Assembly: GCA_002633005.1 (NCBI GenBank) | Contig: NMRA01000020.1 | Coordinates: forward strand, 1,397,650-1,461,649 | Length of the DNA stretch: 64,000 nucleotides | Origin: Phoronis australis | Taxonomy: Eukaryota > Animalia > Phoronida | Direction of reading: 5' to 3' | Part shown: positions 13,101 to 25,918 of the stretch, piece by piece | Layout: each line of letters starts with the position of its first letter | Numbering within the stretch: the first letter of the stretch is position 1 | The notes under the pieces: generated by a model | Told to the model about the DNA's origin: nothing | Database searches by the model: none | The model's input: the letters and a program-made list of their open reading frames with translations, nothing else | Program-made: the position numbers and the translations under genes

Positions 13101-13969
13101 ATCTGACATGTTCAAATTGTTACATTCTTTCTGAAGGTGGCGCTTGGAGTTCAGTAAGATGAAATGGAGATGCAGTGTAAATAAAACTAATGATTTTAAA
13201 TCTTAACTTTCCTAAATTCCTATTGGAACAACGAAATTTCGCATTAGCTGTAATAAGTTGTCTTGGAAACAGCAAATCCTTTTCTCTATATCAGCTTGCA
13301 TGGAAATTGAACGTGGCAGCAACAGAGTTCTATGTTGGTATGACTGCAACTCCACTCTGGGCTTGCTTTTTACGGTTGACCTTAACTTTGCTTGCTCATT
13401 TAACTTTCCAATCAATTTCAACATGACTAGATTAGCCAAGCGTAAAATGAGATTGGAAGAACATGTACTATTCAGGTGAGTGTTATTTTGCAGTTCTCTT
13501 TCTGTAAATACCCTGTGCTGAAGGACCAGTTCCTCTATGGTCACTGTCAGACCCTCAGTGAGTTGAATGTCCTCACACCAAACCTATCCCAGCTATCCAA
13601 AGTATTAATGCGGAAATGTTGAAAAGACAGTTGTCCTGCACCCATGCCCTGCTATGGAACTGTGCATAGATTAAGTTGTACAGGGGCGCAGCTGATAATT
13701 TGTTCTGCCTTGGCACCACCACTGAGTCTATACTGTGCTGTGAGAGCCGAGGAGAAGTGTAATGTGAACATCTTCCACTACCTACACCAGGTGGGGTTAA
13801 GGTAGTTGTCATGCTGTTGTCAGGCTGTGTCAGTTCTTTGTAACTTTTGTTGGCATGGTCATTGGTCATCTTGTTTTCACAGTTAGGGGACAAATTTTAT
13901 ATAATTAATTTTGCAAAAATCGTAGATTTCAAGCTGTTATGTTTTTCCATTTATTTTGGGAGTCAAAGG

Positions 13970-14780
13970 TTCTGTTTTAGTGTGTGGGATATGAGTTATT
14001 TCAGACAATTATAATGCCAGAAGACATTTGTAATTGGTGCTAAAGCTCGTATTATTGTAAAGAAAGACAATTGCTATGATTGTGTTAGACAGTGTAAAGG
14101 CATGGTATGTGGCTTAGGTATTTTAAGTACTCATAAAAGTATGATTTCGTACAGTAATTAACTGTCTTTAACGTTCATAGAAATCGAAGCTGATGTTATA
14201 TTCAATTTCTGCAGTGACTTGAGTTTATAGTCGTGTTCCCGTTAAAGGTGAAACTTTGCTTTTACTCACCGAAACTTCGGTGTAATAGGAACAGTAAAAG
14301 CGAAGCTTCGTCAATGTTATCGGTAGAGGTCGCGGCAATGATATACGATCACGCATGACTCGCAAAATGTGTTCNTTCTGTTTTAGTGTGTGGGATATGA
14401 GTTATTTCAGACAATTATAATGCCAGAAGACATTTGTAATTGGTGCTAAAGCTCCTGTTATTGTAAAGAAAGACAATTGCTGTGATTGTGTTAGACAGTG
14501 TAAAGGCATGGTATGTGGCTTAGGTATTTTAAGTACTCATAAAAGTATGATTTCGTACAGTAATTAACTGTCTTTAACGTTCATAGAAATCGAAGCTGAT
14601 GTTATATTCAATTTCTGCAGTGACTTGAGTTTATAGTCGTGTTCCCGTTAAAGGTGAAACTTTGCTTTTACTCACCGAAACTTCGGTGTAATAGGAACAG
14701 TAAAAGCGAAGCTTCGTCAATGTTATCGGTAGAGGTCGCGGCAATGATATACGATCACGCATGACTCGCAAAATGTGTTC
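13970..14780. repeat. 405-bp direct duplication joined by a single N (probable assembly artefact)
   Basis: 13970-14374 and 14376-14780 are the same length and differ at about 3 substitutions. N at 14375. Confidence 0.9.
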
Positions 14781-15730
14781 TTTGTTATTGTAGCGTAGCC
14801 GATGTGCTCTCAATAGGTGCACATCAATTAATAAAAGAAAAGCATATCTGACAAAGAATGACACTGGTCATTTTCAGAAACACTCGTAAATGTCAGGAAA
14901 ACGATTTTCAGTTAGCCTCGAACCCACTACTCAATATCCGTTTGAGAGTACGAATGAACTGCGTCATCTGGTATCTTAGTGATGACTTTGATATTGCTGT
15001 CTAGTTGGAAAGGTAAGAGAAGTTTTGGCCAAGCTTTGGTGAATTGAAGTTCCTCCAATGGGAAAGCACCTTATGAAAATCTCTCCTAAAGTTTCAAAGG
15101 GATCAAGTTTGGAGACTTGGACTGTCCAAATGATATGATACCATACTGTGTCACACAGGCTTTTTGCCAATACTTTTGAAGACGTCTGTTCATAGGGATC
15201 TTTGTGTGGTGTAACAAAATATGTTCAACAGTTTGGAGTGATAATCGTATGTAACTTTTTCAAGTCTTTATGTTACTATTTCACTTACTGCTAATGTAAT
15301 GTTGTTGTCCTTGACAACATTCACCATGAATATGTTGAAAACTGTGTGTGATGACTGGATCAATTTAGAAATTACTTTCTTTAAGAATGAAGTGTGTTGT
15401 TTACACCATATCTATTATGTACCTGGTGAACTGAGACACACTTTGCTTGGCTTGTGATAACCACTTGCTTGGTTGCCAATGGCAAAATTCTGGAAGGAAT
15501 TAACCGATGGAAAGCAAAGCCAATATGCAATTTGGCATTTGCAACTTGTCAATAAGAAGTTATTTCATAAATGGTACTCTTCTGTATCCTCTCTCAGTCA
15601 GTGGCAATCAAACCTGTGCGGCTTCACACAGATTCCTGCCATTTCTTCACTATACTCTCTCTAAAAGTGTTTACTATACACATGTTGGTTGAAGACAAAC
15701 TGTATGATCACTACCACTTATTAGGACTTA

Positions 15731-15786
15731 CTCTCCAGTTGTCAGTAGGGCTAACCACTTTCCAGCTGTCAGTAGGGCTAACCACC
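15731..15786. repeat. Short tandem duplication (27 bp x2)
   Basis: tccag(t/c)tgtcagtagggctaaccac occurs twice in tandem. Confidence 0.85.
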
Positions 15787-18466
15787 TGTTATCATCTGAT
15801 GTCACACGATACTTGCGATACTCAATAAAAAAACAACACTAGTCTATGTTTTCACAATGTTAGCTATTCAGCAGAAAGCAGAATTTTAACTTCTCCATTC
15901 AAATCACAAATATGAAGGTGATGTAATTGTTGACCAGAGTAGAGTATAACAGCTGATCTCCAGTGATTTTTGTAGGAGATATGAGAAGAAATTTGGCGCA
16001 TGGTTTGTTTAATCATTCATCATATACTAGCAATTATTAAAAAATTATCTGCCAAACTATTTGTATCTGCTGTGATTCAGAGTGTACCCAATTATTTGAA
16101 AGTCTAATGGTTGAAAGCCCGTGACCACTACTCAGGGATTTTTTGATATCAAAACGTCAGCTTTTGAATTGGACAACTTAGAATAAGAAACTTAAGTTTG
16201 TCTTGTTTCTTACGCAGATCATTTTATTGCTATTGACAGCTTGATGTCGGCCTTTCTATGCTCAGGCGGCTTTTGTGGGAGGGATCTGCCCTCTACCTCC
16301 GCACATGGCCAAAGGAAGGCCACAGGCACAGTCTTTTTTAGCTGTAACACAAAAACATTCCCTTCAAAATTGTGGTTGCAACATCCGGGATCTGCTGGTG
16401 GTAGTTTTATGCTCTGAAACTCATTTGTGTTTTCGAGGCTGAGCATACCAGTAGGCTGGTTTATTGTTCTCTGACACTTGACAAACTGGCTAACATGCCA
16501 ATGTTTTCAATAGCGTTTTTGCTGGTAGTAAAAATGGCAGTAATGTGCTACTTTTGCTGGCGCTTTGCTGGAGGTTTGAGTCACTAGCGCTTTTGTCACT
16601 CAAATGAATCTAGTAATGGCTACTGTTACATCTTTATTTCCTCATCTCGTAAAAAACATCTGCATATATACAACAAATTCTTTGGCTAATAACTTTTCGA
16701 ATGGCGAAACGATTTCAGATCTACGTTATAGCATATTTGGCTACTAAATCCATCGTGAGCCTAGTCTTATGATGTCCAAGAGGTTGCCCGATTCACACTT
16801 TAACAGGAAGAAGGATGATGTGGTTATGTTGAAGGCTGCTGGATAACTTCACTTATTTACTACAGGTCATAAATAACCTGTTCATCAGATGGTGGAGACT
16901 GTTGTTGTCATGGTTACAATGCTCTCACCTCTGATGGCAAGTTGTGTTATTGCCTGTGCATGGGCTTAATGTGAATCACTTCCTGTTTGTTGAATTTACA
17001 ACAGGTATGTTCTGAAGGTAAGAACTTGTGTCTGTTTTATCCCGAGAGTTAGGTCAATGGTTGTCCCTTGATCACATGCATAAAGTTCTTTCAATTTCTT
17101 GCGTCAGTTCATTTCTCTTCGTTCCTCAATGCGCGAAATGGTTCCTTTGACTTAGAGCGACTATTTTACTAAGTGTGGTTTGATAGTGTTGTGAACTTAA
17201 ACTCTGACTCGCCTCGTTTCAAAAGTGGCTGTACTGCTGTGCACCAATAAAAACCTGATTTCATCTGTGCACTTTATAAGGACAACATCTATGGACAGCA
17301 GACGTGGAATTTCCTTGGTTGAAAAACTCCAGGCTGAAATTTGAAATTTAAGTCGAAACCCAGGTTGAAAATTAGTTTCTTAAATTTTCAATTGAGTTTG
17401 TCATTTGAAGTTTTGCTTTTATTTGCCTGTTTGAAAAGCAAGTAACAAATTCACAAATGTTTGCATAGTTGGTTGTTGTTCTTAACCCGCCCCCGATTTA
17501 CAGTTCAGCACTTGTGCTCGCTGTCTAAAAAATACTCAACTTCATCGGAGGTCTCGTGTTTTTTTTTGGAAAATCTGCACAAAGGTTAATTGTAAGCAAG
17601 ATTTGAATTGTCATGATTTGCCACAAGGTGAGTAAAAATATCGCCCATCATTTTTGCTTGTCTCTTGTAGATTTCCTTGAAAGGAAAAGTAAGAAACCTA
17701 AAAAAAGCGTTACCACTGACTCAATTTTCTGAAAAAAACATGAGACTAGAACCAGCTTTGCCCTTTTAGTTGCATCATATTCAGTTTCCAACTTAATTTT
17801 GAGTTGGGATCTTGATCCATATGTCGCCCTGACTGTGTTGTTTCCAACTTGTTAAAAACAGTGGCTTTTTATGATGAATGTGCTCTGACAATGATGTTTG
17901 CTAATTTCTATTGTATTTTGCAATATATTTTCGCAGCTAAGAATGCCAAATTGATCCTTGTTGGCTCGCTGTTTTGAGTTTTACTGACAGCATGGTTGGG
18001 GTCACAGGACACTATTTTCTAAATACCAAAAATATGTCGGCTGAGTAACATGAAAACTCAAAATGTGTACTTAGGGCAGCAAATGCATGATTACACTTTA
18101 ATCTCTCTTAACCTTCAGCTGAAGAACTTCCTAATAGGCCGAATGAAATAGTGAAATAGATTCTGGTCTGTATTCTCATGGACCTACTTGATGCGGTGAT
18201 ATTTTTAGATGAGTCCATATTCTCTAAAAAGAACAGTGCAGGATCTGTGTAGCATTTATTTGAAATGCTGAGTTCAGATTTGCTTTTAACACATTCTGGT
18301 TCCCTGCTGTGGGAGTTAGTGTTAATGCTGTTACTATGGCATGTGACCTGACACATGGTTCATATAGATTATGTGTCAAGGCCAGACATGACAGACTGTG
18401 AGGATGATGGGGGTGTTTGACACAATAGTGTAGCTTTGATTTAATCAGGAATGTATTAAAAGGTTG

Positions 18467-19016
18467 TTACTTGGCGGAATTCTTCGAATTTCGACAAGTA
18501 TGTTGGTCTGCCATCAAGTATGCTTTTTTGTTTGTTCGCAATCTACAAGTCAAAATTTTCATCCGATTCGCACGAAATTTTCACATGACCTTGAGATCGG
18601 GAAGGCCTGAAAGCCTCAACTTCGCCATAAATCGTTAACTTCCAGTCATAGATGGCGGAAATATGGGCAATGGCGCATGCGCACCTCGATATCTAGCCGA
18701 AAATGTTTTTTCCTGTAGAGGGCGCATTGGCAAACCAATCATTTTCAAACTCATCATGTGGTCGTTTCTTTTGATTGGCTATTAAAACTGGAAGTCACTT
18801 TCAAAGTGACGGCTGAGAAACCAGGTGCGTGATTAAGACTGCAGCCTATTTCTTACTAATTTCTTTGCTAGTCACATGAATGTTATTGTGTTGTTCATAA
18901 TCGCCGTCATGATCGCTGTGGTCCTCCCCATCGTCGTCCTCCCCATCGTCGTCCTCCCCATCGTCGTCTTTTCGGTTAATTTCGCCAAGTGTCGCTTCTC
19001 GGAGCACTCCCGTTTT
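18467..19016 (+). mobile_element. HINE-like element, family C, short copy
   Basis: 5' ACTTGGCGGAATT (18469-18481) with a degenerate adjacent inverted copy, 3' AATTTCGCCAAGT (18978-18990) and a degenerate terminal hairpin. Internal (gtcctccccatcgtc)x3. Similar to 19268-20718. Confidence 0.7.
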
Positions 19017-19267
19017 AGATTTTTTCTGCTAAACTGCTTATCTTGCAGTAGGAAGGATTTTCTGGATTGCACCAGGTAGGGGTGCGCCCATAGAAGAGGT
19101 ATGTATATCCGATGAAGGTGCTCAGCAGGGTGACTTTCATACGGATGCCTTTTATGTCAAAATTCCCTGCAAAAGATTTCACTGTTCATTTTACCTCCAA
19201 TCACGAAATCTAGGTTTCCATTTGTGCTTTCAAAAAGTTTTGTGATCGTATACAATTATTATTCTAT

Positions 19268-20718
19268 TTTTACTTGGCGGAATTCCCAGAATTCCGCCAA
19301 GTATGTTGGTCTGACATTAAGTTTTTTGTTTTGTTTTTTTTGTTCGCTCTCTACAGGTCGAAATTTGCACACAACATGTAGATCGGAAATCACTGGAACG
19401 CTATTGTTTTTGGTCATGATCGGATACAAAATGGCGGACGTGGCGGCCATTTTGTATCCGATTTCACTGTCAAATACTCGTAGAGGCCGCATTTTTCGAC
19501 CTACATGGCTGAAAATCGGTACGAATATACTAGAACGCATGTGCTAGAATTGTGCAGAAAATCGTTGACTTCTGGTTAAAGATGGTGGAAATATTGGACG
19601 TGGCGCATGCGCACCCCGAAATATGGCCAAAAACGTTTTCTCCTGTAGAGGGCGCAATTGCAAACCAATCACTTTCAAACTGGTCACGTGTTTGTTGAGT
19701 TTAATAAGCTTTTATAAAAAATTATTGAACCGGAAATCACTTTCAAGATGGCGGCTGTGGGGCATGTTCACACGGTTTCAATCGCTCTGGTGTCGCATTT
19801 TTTATGGGAAGAGCAAATGACGTGAATTTTTGCATGTGGTTTCCTTGAAGTATGGCCTTTCAAAAAGTGTGCAAGAGCGTATTTCTCAGACTTACCGTTT
19901 TCGAGTTATTTGACTTTGAATTTCAAAAAAAAAAACGGCAAATTTTCAATTTTCTCGAAAATTTTTTGGATTTTTGCCAAACTACCACTTTAGATAGAAT
20001 TTTGGATGGGCTTTCAGAAGATATTTTCCATTTTGCGCTACGACGTCTACTTTTTGAATTATTCGAGATTTTCGGATACCGTTGTTCCTATGCAAGCGCG
20101 CAGGTGGCTGGCTTTGCCAGCACTGTCCTACTGTAAAGCATGGCTCGTCCGTCATGTTGCGCCATCTATTGTTCTTTATTGTAGTTGATTGTATGCTCTC
20201 TATTTGATTTCTTCGCTAGTCACATGAATGTTATCGTGTTTGACAAACTACTACTATAAATAGAGTTTTGAACGGGCTTTCAGATGATAATTTCCATTTT
20301 GCGCTACGACGTCTACTTTTTGAATTATTCGAGATTTTCGGATACCGTTGTTCCTTCGGTCACGTATGCACGCAGCTGGCTGGCTTTCAGTTCACTTTGT
20401 TTTGGTTATGTCTGCACAAGTTAACAGAGAGTTGTGACCCCGACTGACCCAGGTAGCACTGTCGTACTGTAGACTGGAATTCCAGGCGAAATACTATTGT
20501 AAACATAACTTTGCTCTGCAGACTGTCACATAGTGCCACCTATTTTGGATTGCGGGAACAAAGCATGGCTCGTCCGTCATGTTGCGCTATCTATTGTTCT
20601 TTATTGTAGTTCATTATATGCTCTCATTTGATTTCTTCGCTAGTCACATGAATGATATCGTGTTCGTCGTCTTTTCGATTAATTCCGCCAAGTGTCGCTC
20701 CTCCGAGCGCTCTCGTTT
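19268..20718 (+). mobile_element. HINE-like element, family C, long copy
   Basis: T-run, perfect 5' hairpin ACTTGGCGGAATT(19272)...AATTCCGCCAAGT(19290), 3' subterminal AATTCCGCCAAGT (20681-20693), hairpin CGCTC-ctcc-GAGCG and end in GTTT. Two internal ~100-bp duplications. Confidence 0.78.
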
Positions 20719-20786
20719 GTGGTTATCCGTTGGTTGTTGTAAACCTGCTTTTTAGTCAATTTTCTCAAAAACTGCTAAATAGACCA

Positions 20787-21023
20787 TGGGCTCATTCCAA
20801 GAAAACTGACTTAGCTAAGTCAAATCTTAAATTAAAGTCAATTTTAAGATAAAACTTCAATTTGTCTTATTTAAGTCCGTTCCAAGAAAGTGATATTAAT
20901 TTTTTGACTTAAGTTTTTGACTTAAGCTTCATCTTAAGTGTGTCTAACTTACTGGATGAGAGGTTTCAAAGTTTGGAGGTTGAGACAAATCTTAGACTTA
21001 AGTCCAAATGGAACGGGCTTCAT
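20787..21023. mobile_element. Small MITE-like element rich in CTTAA/TTAAG motifs
   Basis: Imperfect inverted ends GGGCTCATTCCA / TGGAACGGGC, many internal GACTTAAG-like motifs and repeated TTCCAAGAAA. Confidence 0.45.
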
Positions 21024-21220
21024 TATGAAATTTTGTAGAGCTATATGGTGGGAATGGAATGGCTGACGTGGCAGATGTGTTCTTATCAATCTGGTTGAAT
21101 ACGATAACAAGTTTGGGCTAATCTGACCACTGCTGTGCCCCCTAAAGGCAATTTTAAGTTTTTATGTTACTTTGTTGACTTTTGTATCTTGGTGTGCTGT
21201 GATGTATTTTCATGAAAGAT
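21024..21220 (+). mobile_element. Degenerate fragment of family A internal repeat
   Basis: atctgaccactgctgtgccccctaaaggcaatttt matches the family A unit gatctgactac..gtgccccctagtggcaatttt. Confidence 0.6.
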
Positions 21221-24200
21221 GAGAAGAGGTTTCAAGAATGCCTTCCCAAAAAATTACGAAAAAAATTAAAACTGATTAATTTGATTTTTCGTATTTTTCA
21301 TGCTTCAGTCACTATGCCATCTGGTGATGTGATGTCATAAGCATAACTCGCTAGAACACTGAGCAGGTATGCATTAATTGGGTGAGAGTACCTCTTGAAA
21401 ACGCAAGACTTCATGAGGTAGCACCATGTACTACAAGGTAAACCTGTGGTCATATTCTGTAGCTTCCTTGTCAGATTCTTCTCTTTATGCAATTCAGCCC
21501 AGGTCTACACTTTTTATAGGAGGGATTCCAAGAATTGAGTTGCAACATTGCTGTCTCATTTAGAAAAACCTGATCCAAGATGACAATTAATGTCAGTCAC
21601 ACAAGGAAATACCATTTTAGTTTCCTTCACACATTTCTGTTGTGTGACAAAGGAATGCCTTATTCTAAAGCATTAGTCATAAGATTCTGTTTTATGGTAA
21701 AGTAAAAGACTTTGGTCTGAAATAGAATATTAAAAGTCGACACCATCAAAAATCCACTTGGTGCCTGTATAGCGAGCCACTAGATTTAACAACATAGTCA
21801 TATAATATATTAAATTTACTTTGCCCAAAATTCAAGAAATTTCTCTCTGCTTGTCATACTTGGGCAGACAGCTTGACTGACAGTTAAAGTGTATCATTAC
21901 ACGAAACATTTTGTTTCATGACACACCAGATGACTTCGGATGTTTATTAATATTCATTAAGAAATTTTATTGACTTCTTATTCAGTAATGATTGCAGTAA
22001 CCTAATGAAGAGAAACTCGGAGGTGTTTTTGTGATTTTTACGCCGTAACCATATAGAAGATGATGATGATGGATTAGGATGGAGTTGCTTATGAAGACTC
22101 GTGTTACCAGTCCTATGTCCGATCGCATGGACGAAAATAGCTTGTCGTTTTATTTATAGCGTGTGGATGACAAAAGAGTTTTTTAAAACCTACGCACCAG
22201 TGCACCATCCAGACTGTTACTGTGTAGCACAAATTTTATGACTTGCATGTAAACACTCATCCCTGACTAAGACTGTGCTCAGGTAGGGTCAAGTATAGAC
22301 AAGGACAGGTGATTAGCCACCGTGCTTTAGTGTGGCTTACAAGTGAATTGTGTTGTTGTAATAGATGGCCGATTTGGTCAGTCTTGCTATCTTTTGAATG
22401 TTATCACCTGGTGATTCTGGGCTCATAGAGTCTACTTACATCTGTCTGGTCCTCCACTTCTCTATAATGTAAATTATGTCGACAATTAATTCTGCCCCTT
22501 TCATTGTTAGGTTTAGTTGGAAGACATACCAACAGATTACTCTGTCTAGAAGTCAAGCTCATGAATTAATCATTAATAGCAGCTAAAGCTTCTTACCTCT
22601 GATACTTTTGACACCATGTTCAGGGCGACCTATTAGCAAGTAAACTCTTGAAAATACGTGTAGAAAAAGTAGAACACAGGTAGAAAATTGACTTCGCTCT
22701 TTTTTGTCCTCAGTGTTTATGAGCCCAAATCCGGGACCGCCAGTGACAAATATACCGTCACTTGTATTTCGAGTGGGAATTTTCACCTGTGTTGAGTGCT
22801 GATGTTGCAAAATGTTTCTCTGAAATTGTGGCGATGAGAAGGAATATTCAGAGATGTCATGTATTGTGTCATTATTAAATATAACTTTATGGCTATCTGC
22901 TCTCTTCGTTTCCATAGCAAATAAGTTGTCTAGCATAGGTTTCATCATCCTTAAATGTTTTGTTGGTCCATTTCAGACCCACTTGGTAGGGACGGAGGAA
23001 TGGACATCAACCATTTTGGTCACATGCCGCGGAAAGGTAATTATTTTCTTACCTGAAGTGTTGATACTTTCCGTACTTGCTTTGGTTCATGCCCATGTTC
23101 TGCTGAACACCCACTCTCCAATTTTCAAAATGTGCGTCTGCCTGTATACGATCGTTGATAACGAATTCTTCAAGGCGCCTCACGCCTCTGTGGTTGAATT
23201 CACGAACACAAGTTGTGAAAAGAATTAAATCCTCACCCAAGTTCCTCAGTTCGATAGGTAATTTGACAGTTAGCTGTTTCATTCCTATGCTAACAACGGG
23301 CTTTAACCACCGACTCGATTTCTGTTATCCATTTCTTGGTTTCCTACAAGTGTCCCGACAGGCGGCGTGTGAAACAGTGAACTGTTGACCTAGTTCTGTG
23401 TAGGTCAGCAGTTGGTCCCACCTCTCGGCTGGAGACTGTAACAAGAATTAATGTTTTAACGATAATTAAGTTAATTGCGCATTACAAATTCAGTTGACAT
23501 TGCAAGTGAATGTTAAAATAGCTAACATGGTTAAGGCATGTATAGGTTATCTTAACCAAAAACAAGTTTTCATTGAATAATTTAATGAAGACCTTAAGAT
23601 TTTCACTTGTCCCAGTTTAATCATTTTTTTCTCGGCTTCGGGGAATCGACTTAATTTGATCTTAGGAACAAGACATCGTGAAAACAGCTCGGTGGATGTC
23701 GCTGAAACTTTCTAAACTTGATATTTATTCATCCATCAATCTAAAAAACGCTGTTAGGATTTTCGATATAAAGGCCTAGTTTTACATAATGTAGCAAAGA
23801 TGGGTATAACTGCTATTTTTTACAAAAATACCTTACGTTTTGAAATTTGATGAGTCCTATAAACCAAGCTAAGAGACTATTTGAAAATACCTAACAGCGT
23901 AACAGGTAACTGGTGAAGTTTTCATTTAAAAAGGTTTCATTAAAATGGACCGAGGCGTTATTTTGCTATGACTACCTTTCTTAAAAATGAAATTTTGACT
24001 TAAAAAAGTGTTAATGTAATAACAAGTAATAATAATGGCATACAAATATAAAATATATTTTTATTTTTTTCATGTTGACTAGTGACCATTTTCACTTTGG
24101 TGCTGTTAACCCTTGCCGAGTGCCCTGTGTAAGGAGATCCAATCTGGTGTCTTGGTGCTGCCTAGTACAAGTCACCACATCCCAAAATTCCACAGAACCT

Positions 24201-25034
24201 CTTCTTCCATACCCACAATGCCATAAACCAGTAAAATAGTGTCCTGTTGTTGTACAGTTCTGCCTCCGTGTATTCATGACAGACGTGACTGTTCTATGTT
24301 CATAGGCATCCAAATACGCCACGGAAATTATGATAAACTTTATTCAGTGTTGTTTTATTAGGCATTACATGTCAAGCATTACATGACACACGAAGTACCT
24401 GAGGACTGGACTTGATTTGCAGACCGCGGCTGCCTGCTCATGTTTTATTCGTTCCCAGAGCTACTGAAGCCTTTTTGATGAATTGTTCCACCAAACCAAA
24501 CGTTAAATCAGGTACTAACAGCAAATTGGAAGCAGTGCTTTGCCTGGCTTTCGTGTATCACGTGAATATTAATATAATTTGATGTTTTTGTGGATGCGAG
24601 TCACGTCTGCTTGTTGACCATGTTGGTTTATGCTAATAGGATGCATTCATTAAAAAGCATTGAATTTCTTTAATAACATTTTAAGTATGAAATGGAGACC
24701 CAGCAAGCTATCTATTATATCAAGAGCACCGGCCCTCTATTTAGTTTTTTAGGTGTTCAATTTTTTCTCGTTGTCGGTTTTTTCACGGATGCAAAGGGAG
24801 GGTGGCCTGTTTTGTACTGGTCTTGGTGACGTCAGTCCGTCAGCTTAACGGCCTGGGTGACGTCAGTCCGTCGGTTTAATTTCACTCCCTCCAGCTTCCG
24901 TGGTGTATAATACTTTTTCGGGCCTGTCGCTGCCAAAATTAATAATATCGTTAAAAACTGAACTTTTCCTTGAGTAAACTTAATTATTTACCGGTATTTG
25001 AAAAATTGGCGTTCTTCCGTTATTTTGCTGCTAA

Positions 25035-25918
25035 AATTGTGGGCTCTTCATTAAATTTAGCATGTGTATTTATATGATGTTGACAACAGACGACGACGAC
25101 TTTCGGATGGATCGGACTACTGTGGCGCCTCCTAGTGGCAGTTTTTTGTGCCCATGGCATTATCTCTTAGAGTATTTGCAGGATCTTTACTAAATTTAGC
25201 AAGTGTATTTATATGATGTTGACAATGGAAGACCACGACTTTCGGACAGATCTGACTACCAGTGTGCCCCCCTGTGGCAATTCTAGTTTTACATTTATCT
25301 CTGTATCTTCCAAGGATCTTAACAGATTTTCATAAATTTTGGAATATAGGAATCAGTTAGTGAGATGAGGCTATCCTGTTTTTTGGATGGAATCGAGGTA
25401 TTTTGCGCTACCTGGTGGCCATATCTGCTGTCTTTGAGTTCACCCTCTCTCAACCAAACCATTCTAAGGATGAGTTTGAAAATTGGCGTATATGTTCTCA
25501 GTGTGAAGAAGACAGGTGACGATTACGACTTTGACTACTGTTGCGCCTCCTAGCTTTGTTTTGTTTTGCGCCCATAGCTTTATCTCTTAAACCCATTGCA
25601 GGACCTTTGTTCGATTTAATAAGTGTATGTATATGAAGCTAACAACAGACGACGACTTTTATACGGATCCAATGAACGCTTTGCCCCTAGTGGCAATTTC
25701 ATTTTTTGCCGTTTTCTTTTGTTTCTCTGAAGTTCTTTGACAGATTTTTATGAAATTTGGCAAATAGCTTTCTAAAGCGATGACATGTTTCTGTTTTCGG
25801 ATGGATTTGACGTTTTTCGCCATCTAGTGGCCATTTTATGATACAAATAAACAGCAATAGAACCACCCTGTTTGCGGTGCATTCGTGGGTGCATTTCAAT
25901 GCTCTGCGTTGCCCTTGC
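25035..25918 (+). mobile_element. HINE-like family A, copy 2 (5'-truncated)
   Basis: Six internal repeat units followed by the family 3' end gcggtgcattcgtgggtgcatttcaatgctctgcgttgcccttg. The start coordinate is approximate. Confidence 0.8.
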
